From positions 4,234 to 68,233 of the forward strand of contig NZ_DATLXO010000120.1 in NCBI RefSeq assembly GCF_035575815.1: a DNA stretch of 64,000 bases, written 5' to 3'. The notes under the pieces were generated by a model. That model ran no database searches. It saw only the letters and a list, made by a program, of their open reading frames with translations, and was not told the origin of the DNA. Below are positions 37,076-46,227 of this stretch, in pieces (within the stretch, counting starts at the first letter, position 1; each line of letters begins with the position of its first letter). The stretch is from Iamia sp. (GTDB lineage: Bacteria; Actinomycetota; Acidimicrobiia; Acidimicrobiales; Iamiaceae). Made by a program: the position numbers and the translations under genes.

Positions 37076-37129
37076 TCCTCCCGGCGGCGAGGGTGGGAGA
37101 GCCGGGGTCACGTCGGCCATGATGCTCCA

Positions 37130-37588
37130 ATGACGACGATCATCCAGGGCATCAGCGGCCTCAAGGAGCTGGTGGGCACCCACCTCGGCTACTCCGACCA
37201 CCTCGAGATCACCCAGGAGCGGGTGAACACCTTCGCCGAGGCGACCGGCGACCACCAGTGGATCCACGTCGACGTGGAGCGGGCCAACGCCGAGTCGCCC
37301 TTCGGCGGCCCCATCGCCCACGGCTACCTCACGCTCTCGCTCGGACCGAGCCTGGCCCCGCAGATCATGCGCGTCGAGGGCATCAAGATGGGCGTGAACT
37401 ACGGCTGTGAGAAGGTGCGCTTCCCCTCCCCGGTGCCCGTCGGGGCCATGCTGCGCCTCGGTGCCTCGCTCGATGCGGTCGACGACATCGCCGGCGGCGC
37501 CCAGGTGACCATGACCTTCACCTACGAGGTCGAGGGCGCCCCCAAGCCGTCGTGCGTCGCCGTGGTCGTCTTCCGCTACTACGAGTAG
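37130..37588 (+). CDS. MaoC-like (R)-specific enoyl-CoA hydratase / hotdog dehydratase
   Basis: ITQERVNTFAEATGDHQWIHVD.ERA......GGPIAHGYLTLSL. 152 aa. Confidence 0.9.
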   Translation: MTTIIQGISGLKELVGTHLGYSDHLEITQERVNTFAEATGDHQWIHVDVERANAESPFGGPIAHGYLTLSLGPSLAPQIMRVEGIKMGVNYGCEKVRFPSPVPVGAMLRLGASLDAVDDIAGGAQVTMTFTYEVEGAPKPSCVAVVVFRYYE

Positions 37589-37593
37589 GCCCC

Positions 37594-38319
37594 TCAGCTC
37601 ACAGCGACGTCGAAGAGGCTGCCGATGAGGGCCGTGACGGCCATGGCCGCAGCCCCGCCGGCCACGACGCGCAGGGTGGGGCGCAGCGGCGGGGCGCCCC
37701 CAAGGCGGGCACCGGTCGCGCCCAGGGTGCCGAGGCCCACGAGGGTGACGGCGACCACTGCGGCGACCCGCGCCCCGGAGCCGACGAGGAGGGCCACGAG
37801 CAGCGGGACGAGCGCGCCGAGGGAGAAGCTGAACGCCGAGGTGACCGCCGCCTGCCCGGGCCGGGCCAGGTCGTCGGGGTCGAGGCCGAGCTCGTCACGG
37901 GCGTGGGCCTCCAGGGCGTCGTGGGCGGTGAGCTGCTCGGCCACCTGGTCGGCGAGGTGCGGGGTGAGGCCCCGGCGCTCGTAGATCCCGGCCAGCTCGC
38001 GCTGCTCGGCGCGGGGCGTCTCGACCAGCTCCTCGCGCTCGCGCGCCAGGTCCGCCTCCTCCGCGTCGCGCTGCGAGGCCACCGACGACAGCTCGCCCAC
38101 GGCCATCGACGCCGCGCCCGCCACCAGCGCCGCCACCCCGCTGGCCGCCACCACCGGTCGCCCCGCCCCCGATGCGGCGACGCCGACGAGCAGGCCGGCG
38201 GTCGACAGCAGGCCGTCGTTGGCCCCCAGCACCGCGGCGCGCAGCCACCCCGCCCGGTGGCTGAGGTGGCGCTCGATGTGGTGGCGGGGCCGGGTGCGTC
38301 GAGCGTGGACCGTGAGCAT
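37594..38319 (-). CDS. VIT1/CCC1-family iron/manganese transporter
   Basis: WLRAAVLGANDGLLSTAGLLVGVA, SMAVGE..SV.SQRD.E, E...L..IY..RGL, and C-terminal TM helices. I chose the start at MLTVHARR (38319); the ORF-track start is 38355. Confidence 0.85.
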   Translation of the reverse strand: MLTVHARRTRPRHHIERHLSHRAGWLRAAVLGANDGLLSTAGLLVGVAASGAGRPVVAASGVAALVAGAASMAVGELSSVASQRDAEEADLAREREELVETPRAEQRELAGIYERRGLTPHLADQVAEQLTAHDALEAHARDELGLDPDDLARPGQAAVTSAFSFSLGALVPLLVALLVGSGARVAAVVAVTLVGLGTLGATGARLGGAPPLRPTLRVVAGGAAAMAVTALIGSLFDVAVS

Positions 38320-38494
38320 CGGTACCACGGTGGACCACGGCCCCCGGGTTCGCAACGCCGCGACGGCCCGTCAAGGGGCCCCGGGGGCCGTGGTCAGCCC
38401 CGGATGGCGCCGGGCGTGAACCGTGCCTCACCCCGCCGGGGACGACCCTCGCGCAGATGCGGTGGCCGCTCACGGTCGTCGCTACCGTCGGTTG

Positions 38495-40150
38495 ATGGCC
38501 GGGAGCTGGAACCTGGCCGACCTGTTCGAGGCCGTGGTCGACCGGGTCGGTGCGCGAGAGGCGGTGGTCGCCGGGGCTTCCCGTCTGACCTACGCCGCAC
38601 TCGACGAGCGGGCCAACCGGGCCGCCCACCTCCTCGCCGCCCACGGCGTCGGACCCGGTGATCGCGTCGGCCTCGCCCTGCGCAACGGCCACGAGCACCT
38701 CGCCGCCCTGCTGGGCGCCTACAAGCTCCGCGCCGTCCCCTTCAACGTCAACTACCGCTACACCGCGGCGGAGATGACCTACCTGCTCCGCGACGCCCGT
38801 CCCCGCGTCGTGCTCCACGGCCCGGACCTCGGTCCCGCCGTCGCCCCGGCGGTCGCCGCCCTGCGCGCCGAGGGCGATCAGATCACCCCGCTCGTCGGGC
38901 GCGGGGCGGTGCACGAGGAGCACCTGAGGGCCGCGGCGTCGACCCGACCCGTCGTCGCCGACCGCAGCGGCGACGACCGCTACCTGCTCTACACCGGGGG
39001 CACGACCGGGATGCCCAAGGGCGTCGAGTGGCGTCACGAGGACATCGTCTTCGCCGCCCTCGGAGCCGCATCGGCGGCCGCTCTCCTGGGCGGCTCTCCG
39101 ATCGAGGTCCCGCGCAGCCCCGGGGAGGTCGTCGACCGGGTGGTGGTCGGGGGGACCCGGACCGTTCCCGCATCGCCGCTCATCCACGGCACCGCCCAGT
39201 GGGTCACGCTGGCGACCCTGCTCGGAGGCGGCACCGTCCTGATCCTCCCCTCGTCGACGTTCGTGCCCGCGGATCTCTGGGACCTGGTCGCGGAGGAGGC
39301 GGCCACGCTGGTCGTGATCGTGGGCGACGCCTTCGCCCGTCCGTTGGCCGATGCCCTCAACGCCGAGCCCCAGCGCTGGGACCTCGGCTCGCTGGTGGCG
39401 GTCGTCTCGGGCGGGGCCGTGCTCTCCCCCGCCGTGCGCACCGAGCTGGCCGTCCACCTGCCGTGGGTCGCGGTCGTCGACGGCTACGGCACCTCGGAGA
39501 CCGGGGGGCAGGGCAACGCCGTCACCTGGCCGGGTCAGCCCGCGGCGCGCACCACCCGGTTCCCGCTCGCCGACCACACGGCGGTCCTCGACGACGAGGG
39601 CTCACCCCTCGTGCCCGGGATCGACATCGGCCGCATCGGGCGCATCGCCCGGCGGGGCCACATCCCCCTCGGGTACCGCAACGACCCGGAGCGCACAGCC
39701 CACACGTTCCCGGTGATCGACGGCGTGCGGTGGGCGGTGCCCGGCGACCTCGGTCGCATCGAGGCCGACGGTGCCGTGACCCTTCTCGGGCGGGGGGCCA
39801 GCTCGATCAACACGGGCGGGGAGAAGGTCTTCCCCGACGAGGTCGAGGCCGTGCTCAAGGCCCACCCGTCGGTGTTCGACGCCGCGGTGGTGGGCGTGCC
39901 CGACGACCGGTGGGGTGAGCGGGTCGTCGCCGTGATCGCGCACCGTCCCCGCATCCCGGCCGCGGACGAGGAGCTGAACGCCCACTGCCGGGCGCACCTC
40001 GCCGCGTTCAAGGTGCCGCGTCGGACGATCGCGGTCGACGCCGTCCGGCGCCTGCCGTCGGGCAAGACGGACCACGCCTGGGTCCGGGCCGTGGCCCGTG
40101 CCGGCGTGGCGCCCGGGCTGCGTTCCCCGGCCGCGGTCGACGGCACCTGA
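38495..40150 (+). CDS. acyl-CoA synthetase / AMP-dependent ligase (FadD-like)
   Basis: From ATG 38495: MAGSWNLADLFEAV. PFNVNYRY, YTGGTTGMPKGV (AMP motif), GYGTSETG, GD.GR...DG, SSINTGGEKVFP.EVE. Confidence 0.85.
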   Translation: MAGSWNLADLFEAVVDRVGAREAVVAGASRLTYAALDERANRAAHLLAAHGVGPGDRVGLALRNGHEHLAALLGAYKLRAVPFNVNYRYTAAEMTYLLRDARPRVVLHGPDLGPAVAPAVAALRAEGDQITPLVGRGAVHEEHLRAAASTRPVVADRSGDDRYLLYTGGTTGMPKGVEWRHEDIVFAALGAASAAALLGGSPIEVPRSPGEVVDRVVVGGTRTVPASPLIHGTAQWVTLATLLGGGTVLILPSSTFVPADLWDLVAEEAATLVVIVGDAFARPLADALNAEPQRWDLGSLVAVVSGGAVLSPAVRTELAVHLPWVAVVDGYGTSETGGQGNAVTWPGQPAARTTRFPLADHTAVLDDEGSPLVPGIDIGRIGRIARRGHIPLGYRNDPERTAHTFPVIDGVRWAVPGDLGRIEADGAVTLLGRGASSINTGGEKVFPDEVEAVLKAHPSVFDAAVVGVPDDRWGERVVAVIAHRPRIPAADEELNAHCRAHLAAFKVPRRTIAVDAVRRLPSGKTDHAWVRAVARAGVAPGLRSPAAVDGT

Positions 40151-40259
40151 GGGCCATCGCCCGAAGCGTCCGACTCCCTCGGACGAGCAGCCCGTCCTGA
40201 CGCACCGTCAGATCCGGTCACTAGTCTTTGCGGTCCGAGCCATCGACCCGAGGACCCCC

Positions 40260-41921
40260 GTGCCCCAGGAGTTCAACCTCGCCACCGTCTTCGATGCCGT
40301 CGCCGGGGCCTACCCCGAGCGCGAGGCGATCGTCTTCCGCGACCGACGCCTCACCTACGCCGACGTGGCGGACCGCAGCCACCGCCTGGCCCGGGTGCTC
40401 GCCGACGCCGGTCTCGGCGCCCACCGTGAGCGCGCCGGGCTCGGCGGCCACGAGAGTCACCAGGACCACATCGGCCTCTACCTCTACAACGGCAACGAGT
40501 ACGTCGAGGGCATGCTCGGCGCCTACGGCGCCCGGGTGGCGCCGTTCAACGTCAACTACCGCTACGTGGCCGAGGAGCTGCTGTACCTGCTGCGCGACTC
40601 GGCCGCGACCGGCATCGTCTACCACGCCCGCTTCGCGCCGGTGCTCAGCGAGATCCGCGACCAGCTCCCGGACCTGCGGCTGCTGCTGCAGGTCGCGGAC
40701 GAGACCGGCGAGGCGCTGCTGCCCGGCGCCCTCGACTACGAGGCCGCCCTCGCCGGCGCGCCGGGTGACCCACCGGCCACCGAGCCCTCGCCCGACGACC
40801 TCTACATCCTCTACACCGGCGGCACGACCGGGATGCCCAAGGGGGTCCTCTGGCGCCAGCACGACATCTACGTCGGCGCCATGGGGGGCCGCCCCTTCGG
40901 CTCATCCGAGGTGCACCCTGACCTCGACGCCGTCGTCGCGTCGGGGGCCGGGGGCGGCGCCCGGGCCATTGTGACCCCTCCCCTCATGCACGGCGCCGCC
41001 CAGTGGCTCACGTTCAACACCTTCACCGGCGGCGGGACCATCGTCATCCCCGACGACCCGAGCCGCCTCGACCCGGTCGTGGTGTGGGAGCTCGCCGAGC
41101 GCGAGCGCATCAACACCCTGCAGCTGGTGGGTGACGCCTTCGCCCGCCCGCTGATCGACGAGCTCGAGCGCCGGCCTCGCCACCTGCCCGACCTGCTGGC
41201 GGTGGTCAACGGGGGGGCACCGATGACCGCGGCGCTGAAGGACCGCATGTTGGAGCACCTGCCCGACATCTTCCTGCTCGACGCGGTGGGCGCCTCGGAG
41301 ACCGGCGCCCAGATGGGACAGACCTCGGTCAAGGGCGCGGCGTCGACCGGTACCTTCACACCGGGGCCCGACACGGTGGTCATCGACGCCGCCACCACCC
41401 GCCTGCTCGAGCCCGGCGCCGAGGAGACCGGGTGGCTGGCCCAGCGCGGCTACGTGCCCCTGGGCTACCTCGGTGACGCCGAGAAGACCGCGGGCACCTT
41501 CCCCGTGCTCGACGGCGTGCGCTACGCCGTGCCCGGCGACCGGGCCCGTTGGCGCGCCGATGGCATCATCGAGCTGCTCGGCCGGGACTCGGTCACCATC
41601 AACTCCGGCGGCGAGAAGATCTTCGCCGAGGAGGTCGAGATGGCCCTCGCCCCCCACCCCTCGGTGGCCGACGTGGTGGTGGCCGGGCGCCCGTCGGAGC
41701 GCTGGGGCCACGAGGTCGTGGCCGTGGTGCAGCTGGTGGAAGGGGCTGCGGCCGACGTTCCGGGCCTTCTGGCCGAGGCCGCGACCCACGTGGCGCGCTA
41801 CAAGCTTCCCAAGGACTTCGTCTTCGTTCCGCAGGTGGTGCGCTCCCCCGCCGGCAAGGCCGACTACCGCTGGGCCCGCGCCCAGGCCGAGGCGGCGCCG
41901 GACGACCCGGCGAACCGGTAG
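40260..41921 (+). CDS. acyl-CoA synthetase / AMP-dependent ligase (FadD-like), tandem paralogue
   Basis: From GTG 40260: VPQEFNLATVFDAV. PFNVNYRY, YTGGTTGMPKGV, GASETG, INSGGEKIFAEEVE, KLPK. The start is uncertain (the frame is open from 40098). Confidence 0.85.
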   Translation: MPQEFNLATVFDAVAGAYPEREAIVFRDRRLTYADVADRSHRLARVLADAGLGAHRERAGLGGHESHQDHIGLYLYNGNEYVEGMLGAYGARVAPFNVNYRYVAEELLYLLRDSAATGIVYHARFAPVLSEIRDQLPDLRLLLQVADETGEALLPGALDYEAALAGAPGDPPATEPSPDDLYILYTGGTTGMPKGVLWRQHDIYVGAMGGRPFGSSEVHPDLDAVVASGAGGGARAIVTPPLMHGAAQWLTFNTFTGGGTIVIPDDPSRLDPVVVWELAERERINTLQLVGDAFARPLIDELERRPRHLPDLLAVVNGGAPMTAALKDRMLEHLPDIFLLDAVGASETGAQMGQTSVKGAASTGTFTPGPDTVVIDAATTRLLEPGAEETGWLAQRGYVPLGYLGDAEKTAGTFPVLDGVRYAVPGDRARWRADGIIELLGRDSVTINSGGEKIFAEEVEMALAPHPSVADVVVAGRPSERWGHEVVAVVQLVEGAAADVPGLLAEAATHVARYKLPKDFVFVPQVVRSPAGKADYRWARAQAEAAPDDPANR

Positions 41922-42023
41922 CGGTTCTGGGGGCGGGAACCCCCGATCTCCGTACCAGTTCGACGACCACACCGAACCGGTAGTGGATCCGGGGCCTGGG
42001 ACCCCCGATCTCCCTACCAGTTC
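41912..42023. repeat. two tandem copies of the 50-nt palindromic REP/MITE-like element (same family as 9813-9925)
   Basis: 41912-41961: GAACCGGTAGCGGTTCTGGGGGCGGGAACCCCCGATCTCCGTACCAGTTC. 41974-42023: GAACCGGTAGTGGATCCGGGGCCTGGGACCCCCGATCTCCCTACCAGTTC. A partial third copy starts near 42034. Copy 1 contains the fadD stop codon. Confidence 0.8.
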
Positions 42024-42090
42024 GGCGACAGCACCGAGCAGGTAGGGTCCGGTCCGTCGTCGTCGGCCTGTCCCCCGTATCCTCGCCGCC

Positions 42091-42897
42091 GTGACCTCTC
42101 GCCCCGCTCCGTCCGGCCGCCCGATCGCCACCGGAGCTCTTCCCGACGCCGACCGCCTGCCGAGCGGTGAGGAGAAGGTCCAGGCCGTCCGGGTGATGTT
42201 CGACACCATCGCCCCCCGCTACGACCTGGTGAACCGGGTGATGACGTTCCGGATGGACGTCGGGTGGCGGCGGCGCACGGTGCGTGACCTCGACCTCCCG
42301 ATCGGCTCCCTCGTGCTCGACCTGGCCTGTGGCACCGGCGACCTCTGCACCGAGCTCGTCCGGGGCGGACACCGCCCCGTCGGGGTCGACCTCTCGTTCG
42401 GGATGCTCGCCGCGGCGCGCACCCGGGCTCCCCTCGTGCACGGCGACGTCCTGCGCCTCCCGGTGCCCGACGGCTCCATCGACGGTGTCACGTGCGGCTT
42501 CGCCCTGCGGAACCTCGAGGAGCTGCCGCGGTTCTTCATCGAGCTGGCCCGGGTGCTGCGCCCCGGTGGACGCATCGCCCTGCTCGAGGTGGCCGAGCCG
42601 CCCAACCCGGTGCTGCGGGCCGGCCACGCCCTGTACTTCGGCAGGGTCGTGCCCCGCCTCGGCGGCCTGCTGTCGGACCCGGCCGCGTACCGCTACCTCC
42701 CGAAGTCGGTGTCGTACCTGCCGTCGGCCGAGCGCATGCTCGCCCTGCTCGACGAGGCCGGGTTCACCGCTCCCCGCCACGACCTGCTCACGGTGGGCAT
42801 CGCCCGCCTGGTGACCGCCACGCGCGGCGCAGCGGACGCCGGGCCCGTCCCCGACGCCTGCGACGCGGCGGGCGTCGAGCCTGTCCCCGACCCATGA
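42091..42897 (+). CDS. menG: demethylmenaquinone methyltransferase
   Basis: V..MFD.IAPRYDL.N..M.F..D..WRR, VLDLACGTGD, F.LRN, L.PGGR...LE...P, YRYL..S. 268 aa. Confidence 0.9.
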   Translation: MTSRPAPSGRPIATGALPDADRLPSGEEKVQAVRVMFDTIAPRYDLVNRVMTFRMDVGWRRRTVRDLDLPIGSLVLDLACGTGDLCTELVRGGHRPVGVDLSFGMLAAARTRAPLVHGDVLRLPVPDGSIDGVTCGFALRNLEELPRFFIELARVLRPGGRIALLEVAEPPNPVLRAGHALYFGRVVPRLGGLLSDPAAYRYLPKSVSYLPSAERMLALLDEAGFTAPRHDLLTVGIARLVTATRGAADAGPVPDACDAAGVEPVPDP

Positions 42898-44138
42898 CCC
42901 GCACCGGCGAGGTGCCCTGGCCCGAGCTGGTCGCGATCACCCGGCCCCTCGCCGAGCCCCTCGACCCAGTAGCGGTCGCCGGCAGCGATGCGCTCCTCTT
43001 CGCCCGGGCTGACGGCGCCGCTCTGGCCGGACGAGGGGTGGTTGCCCGCCTGCCCCCCGATGTCGCGGCCGAGGCCCTCGCCGCCGCACAGATCGACGAT
43101 CCCGTCACCCGACCGGGAACCGGACCAGTCGCCCTCGGCGTCGTCCCATTCCACCCTGATGCCACGGGTCGCCTGACGATCCCGGCCCTCGTCGTCGGGC
43201 GCGGCACCGACCGAAGCGGGTGGGTCACCACCGTGGGCACCGCCGATGACCCACCCGCCGACCCGGTCGCGGTCGACGTGGCGGCCCTGGGCCGACCGCC
43301 GGTGCCCGGCCTCGGCCCCGGTCGCTTCACCGTGGCCAGCGCCCGGTCGCCCGCCGAGTGGTGCGACTCGGTGGCCGCCGCGACCGCACTGATCCGCTCC
43401 GGGCGACTCGACAAGGTGGTGCTGGCCCGCGAGGTGCACGTCAGCGCCGACGCGCCGTTCGACGTGGCCGCCATCCTGCGCCGTCTCACCCTGGGCTTCC
43501 CCGGGTGCTACGTGTTCTCCGTCGACGGCTTCGTCGGGGCCAGCCCCGAGCTGCTGGTGGGACGGGCCGGTGACGAGGTCACCTCCCAGCCCATGGCCGG
43601 CACCGCCCCCCGCCGGGGCGACCCCGCGGCCGACGCCGACGCAGTGGCCGGGTTGCTCGCCTCGCCTTCCTACCGCCACGAGCACCAGGTCACGATCGAC
43701 GCCGTGTACGACGCCCTGGTGCCGTTCTGCTCGTTCCTCGACTTCGAGGCCGAGCCATCAGTCGTCGCCCTGCCCAACGTGACCCACCTGGCCACCACCG
43801 TGTCGGGACACCTCTCGTCGCCCGCGCCCTCGGCGCTCGACCTGGTGGCCGCCCTGCACCCGACACCGGCGGTGTGCGGCCGCCCCCGCGCCGCAGCGCT
43901 CGATGCCATCGCCGAGCTCGAGGGCTTCGACCGGGGCCCCTACGCCGGGGCCGTCGGGTGGCTCGACGGTCAGGGGAACGGCACGTGGGCGGTGGGGATC
44001 CGCAGCGCCGTGATCGATGGCGCCGAGGCCCGGGTCTTCGGCGGCAACGGCATCGTCGCCGACAGCGACCCGGCCACCGAGCTCATCGAGACCCGCGCCA
44101 AGCTCCAGGCCCTGCTCGGCGTGCTCGTCCGCCCCTGA
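42894..44138 (+). CDS. menF: isochorismate synthase
   Basis: 414 aa from ATG 42894 (ATGA overlap with the menG stop). KVVLAR, F.GASPE.L, SQPMAGT..R, HE...V., LHPTPAV.G.P, E...RG.YAG.VGW....G.G.W.V.IRSA. The part of the 548-aa ORF upstream is out-of-frame menG. Confidence 0.9.
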   Translation: MTRTGEVPWPELVAITRPLAEPLDPVAVAGSDALLFARADGAALAGRGVVARLPPDVAAEALAAAQIDDPVTRPGTGPVALGVVPFHPDATGRLTIPALVVGRGTDRSGWVTTVGTADDPPADPVAVDVAALGRPPVPGLGPGRFTVASARSPAEWCDSVAAATALIRSGRLDKVVLAREVHVSADAPFDVAAILRRLTLGFPGCYVFSVDGFVGASPELLVGRAGDEVTSQPMAGTAPRRGDPAADADAVAGLLASPSYRHEHQVTIDAVYDALVPFCSFLDFEAEPSVVALPNVTHLATTVSGHLSSPAPSALDLVAALHPTPAVCGRPRAAALDAIAELEGFDRGPYAGAVGWLDGQGNGTWAVGIRSAVIDGAEARVFGGNGIVADSDPATELIETRAKLQALLGVLVRP

Positions 44139-44308
44139 CAGCGTCGCCGGGCTCAGCTCCGCGCCGGTACGGCACCAGATCCACCACCCCGGCGCATGTC
44201 CCCGATCGGCACCCTGCGGGCGGGTGCTTCTCGAACGGCGGATGCTCCCCCTCGCTCGACGGGCACGGTCGGCCGGCATGAGCATCGCCCACGTGCAACG
44301 ATCGAACC

Positions 44309-44761
44309 GTGAGTGACAAGGGTCCGGACCGTTCAGGCCCCTTCTGGGACGCCATCGAAGGTCGAGCTGCGATGCCGCCGGTGGCCCAGCTTCTCGGCTG
44401 GCAGCTCGAGGAGATCGATCCGGGCAGAGGCACCATCGTCGTGCGGTACGAGGGTCGACCGGAGTTCGCCAACCCACTCGGCGACATCCAAGGTGGACTG
44501 CTCGCGGCCATGCTCGACGACACCATGGGACCGGCACTGGTCGCGACCCTGCCACCCGGGCAGTTCGCGGCGACGCTCGAGATGAAGGTCTCCTACCTGG
44601 CACCGGCACAAGTCGGCCCGCTCTGGGGTCACGGGCGCGTGGTCAAGCGCGGCGGAACGATCTCGTTCGTGGAAGCCGACCTCGTCGATGGTGACGGCGT
44701 CATCGTCGCCCGGGCCACCGCGACCGTCCGGGTGATCTCCCTGCCGGCCTCGCCGAGCTGA
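44309..44761 (+). CDS. PaaI/hotdog-fold thioesterase (possible DHNA-CoA thioesterase)
   Basis: P.AQLLGW.L.E...G........R.EF.NP.G..QGG.LAA.LDD.MG.A. 150 aa, GTG start. The menaquinone role is inferred from context only. Confidence 0.8.
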   Translation: MSDKGPDRSGPFWDAIEGRAAMPPVAQLLGWQLEEIDPGRGTIVVRYEGRPEFANPLGDIQGGLLAAMLDDTMGPALVATLPPGQFAATLEMKVSYLAPAQVGPLWGHGRVVKRGGTISFVEADLVDGDGVIVARATATVRVISLPASPS

Positions 44762-44818
44762 CCCGATCGGGCCGCCGCCCATGGGCGTCCCTGCCGGCCG
44801 TCGATGGCGCTCGAGGAC

Positions 44819-44837
44819 GCTGTATAGGTCGCTGTAT
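44819..44837 (+). promoter_or_regulatory. direct repeat GCTGTAT-N5-GCTGTAT with -10-like TATAGG abutting the RHH gene start
   Basis: gctgtat (44819-44825) aggtc gctgtat (44831-44837). TATAGG (44823-44828) ends 7 nt before the A of ATG 44836, which fits a leaderless mRNA and an autoregulatory operator. Confidence 0.35.
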
Positions 44838-45054
44838 GTCGGTGACCGGCACACAGATCTACCTGACTGAGGAGCAGCGCCGTCGCATCGATCAGGCGGC
44901 CGCGGTGGAAGGGGTCACGATGGGTGAGCTCATCCGCCGGGCGGTCGACGACTACCTCGGTGACGAGGCTGACGCGTCCAGCGCCCTCGCCAGCACGTTC
45001 GGTGCCGACGTCGCCGCCGTCGCACCGGCGCGTGACGGTTGGCGCCGTGGCTGA
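44836..45054 (+). CDS. ribbon-helix-helix (CopG-type) antitoxin, orphan
   Basis: TQIYLTEEQRRRIDQAAAVEGVTMGELIRRAVDDYL is a typical RHH N-terminus. 72 aa. The 180 nt downstream contain no intact toxin ORF. Confidence 0.75.
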   Translation: MSVTGTQIYLTEEQRRRIDQAAAVEGVTMGELIRRAVDDYLGDEADASSALASTFGADVAAVAPARDGWRRG

Positions 45055-45235
45055 CCATTACCTTCGTGGCCGGCGGCTCAAACGATCTCAGCCCGGGGGC
45101 CTGGCGGCCCACCTGCTGGTGGGGGAAACATGCCGGAGGGTGTCCGCGCCGCCACGATCCGTCGACGCTCCGGCCATTTCCACTTCAGGGTGCGGCGGCG
45201 CGGCATACCGGAACTCTGCCTACCTATGTGCCGCC

Positions 45236-45582
45236 TCAGCCCTCGGCTTCCAGAGTGGCGAGGGCGATGCGGAGCTGCGCGACGAACTCGGGGAGCAGGT
45301 CGACAGCTGTCGTGTGGAGAACCTCCAGGTCGATCGACCAGTACCCATGGATACGCGATTCCTCAAACGGACAGGCTTCGACCAGGGGATCTCCGGGAAC
45401 CGGCCCTTCACCGCGTCATCGATCGGACCTGCCGCTTCGCCGAGCACCGTGAAGTTCCAGAGGCGGGCGTCTCGCCGCTGGCGATCCCCGTTGAGGACGG
45501 CAAGATCCAGGCCGTCAACCAACGAGCGCGCCTGTTCGGCTGCGTCGATCATCTCGCCGATCAGGACGACCTCACGCCGCAT
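45236..45582 (-). pseudogene. hepT: HepT-like (DUF86) toxin gene with a frameshift in the RX4HXY motif
   Basis: Frame 1 reads MRREVVLIGEMIDAAEQA...FTVLGEAAGPI...FPEIPWSKPVRLRNRV. Then frame +1 reads IHGYWSIDLEVLHTTAVDLLPEFVAQLRIALATLEAEG*. One nt is missing at about 45351 (cgcgtatccatgg). Length 347 nt. The ORF-track version ends in junk. Confidence 0.75.
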
Positions 45583-45871
45583 AGATCACCTGTGCCTCGG
45601 CGAGCACCGATTCACGGAGCCGCTCATGGAGCGCACGGCGCGACACGAGATCGACCGATCGACCAAACAGGGCCTCAAGCTCGTCAACGAGCTTCTCGAT
45701 GTCCCAACCGAGCCGGGCGCCGGGGACCATCTCGTAGAGCACGTCGATGTCGCTATCGGGGCCGGCGTCGCCCCGGCTCACGGACCCGAAGACCTCCAAA
45801 CGTGCGACTCCATAGCGGCCGCAGACCTCTGCGAGCCGCTGAAGATCGACCGGCGAATCAGGAAGCACCAT
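45572..45871 (-). CDS. mntA: MNT-type nucleotidyltransferase antitoxin
   Basis: RLEVFGSVSRGDAGPDSDIDVL (G-S-x9-11-D-x-D). 99 aa. It overlaps the hepT start by 11 nt. Confidence 0.85.
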   Translation of the reverse strand: MVLPDSPVDLQRLAEVCGRYGVARLEVFGSVSRGDAGPDSDIDVLYEMVPGARLGWDIEKLVDELEALFGRSVDLVSRRALHERLRESVLAEAQVIYAA

Positions 45872-45942
45872 TGGATGAGCCTAAGGCAGCGACCCAAACG
45901 GCTCCTGCCCAAACTGCCCACCTCTGACCGACCCGGGCTCCG

Positions 45943-46227
45943 TCAGCCCAAACCGAGGACGGTGGTCAACGCGTCGTCGACACCCCAAAGCTCCTCGCGG
46001 CTGAGATGGCCCGACAGCTCGCCGAGGCGGCGGACATCGACTGCACCCTCGACGTCGATCTCGGGACGAAACGAGGCGGCGCGTGCGCGCCGCGAGGTCG
46101 GCGCCACGAGAACCACCGAGCGCGGCAGGAACTCAGCGGCCTGGACGATCAGGCCGAACCGTTCGCCGTGCTGCTCATGGCCGACGCCCTTCGGCGGCTT
46201 GAACCGGTAGACGTCACCGCGGAGCAC
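45943..46227 (-). CDS. MazF/PemK-family toxin
   Basis: GDVYRF.PPKG.GHEQHGERFGLIVQ......SVVLVAPTS...  ..RP.I.....VDVRRLGE..G.LS.EEL..VDDAL..VLGL. 94 aa, slightly short for the family. GTG start. Confidence 0.7.
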   Translation of the reverse strand: MLRGDVYRFKPPKGVGHEQHGERFGLIVQAAEFLPRSVVLVAPTSRRARAASFRPEIDVEGAVDVRRLGELSGHLSREELWGVDDALTTVLGLG

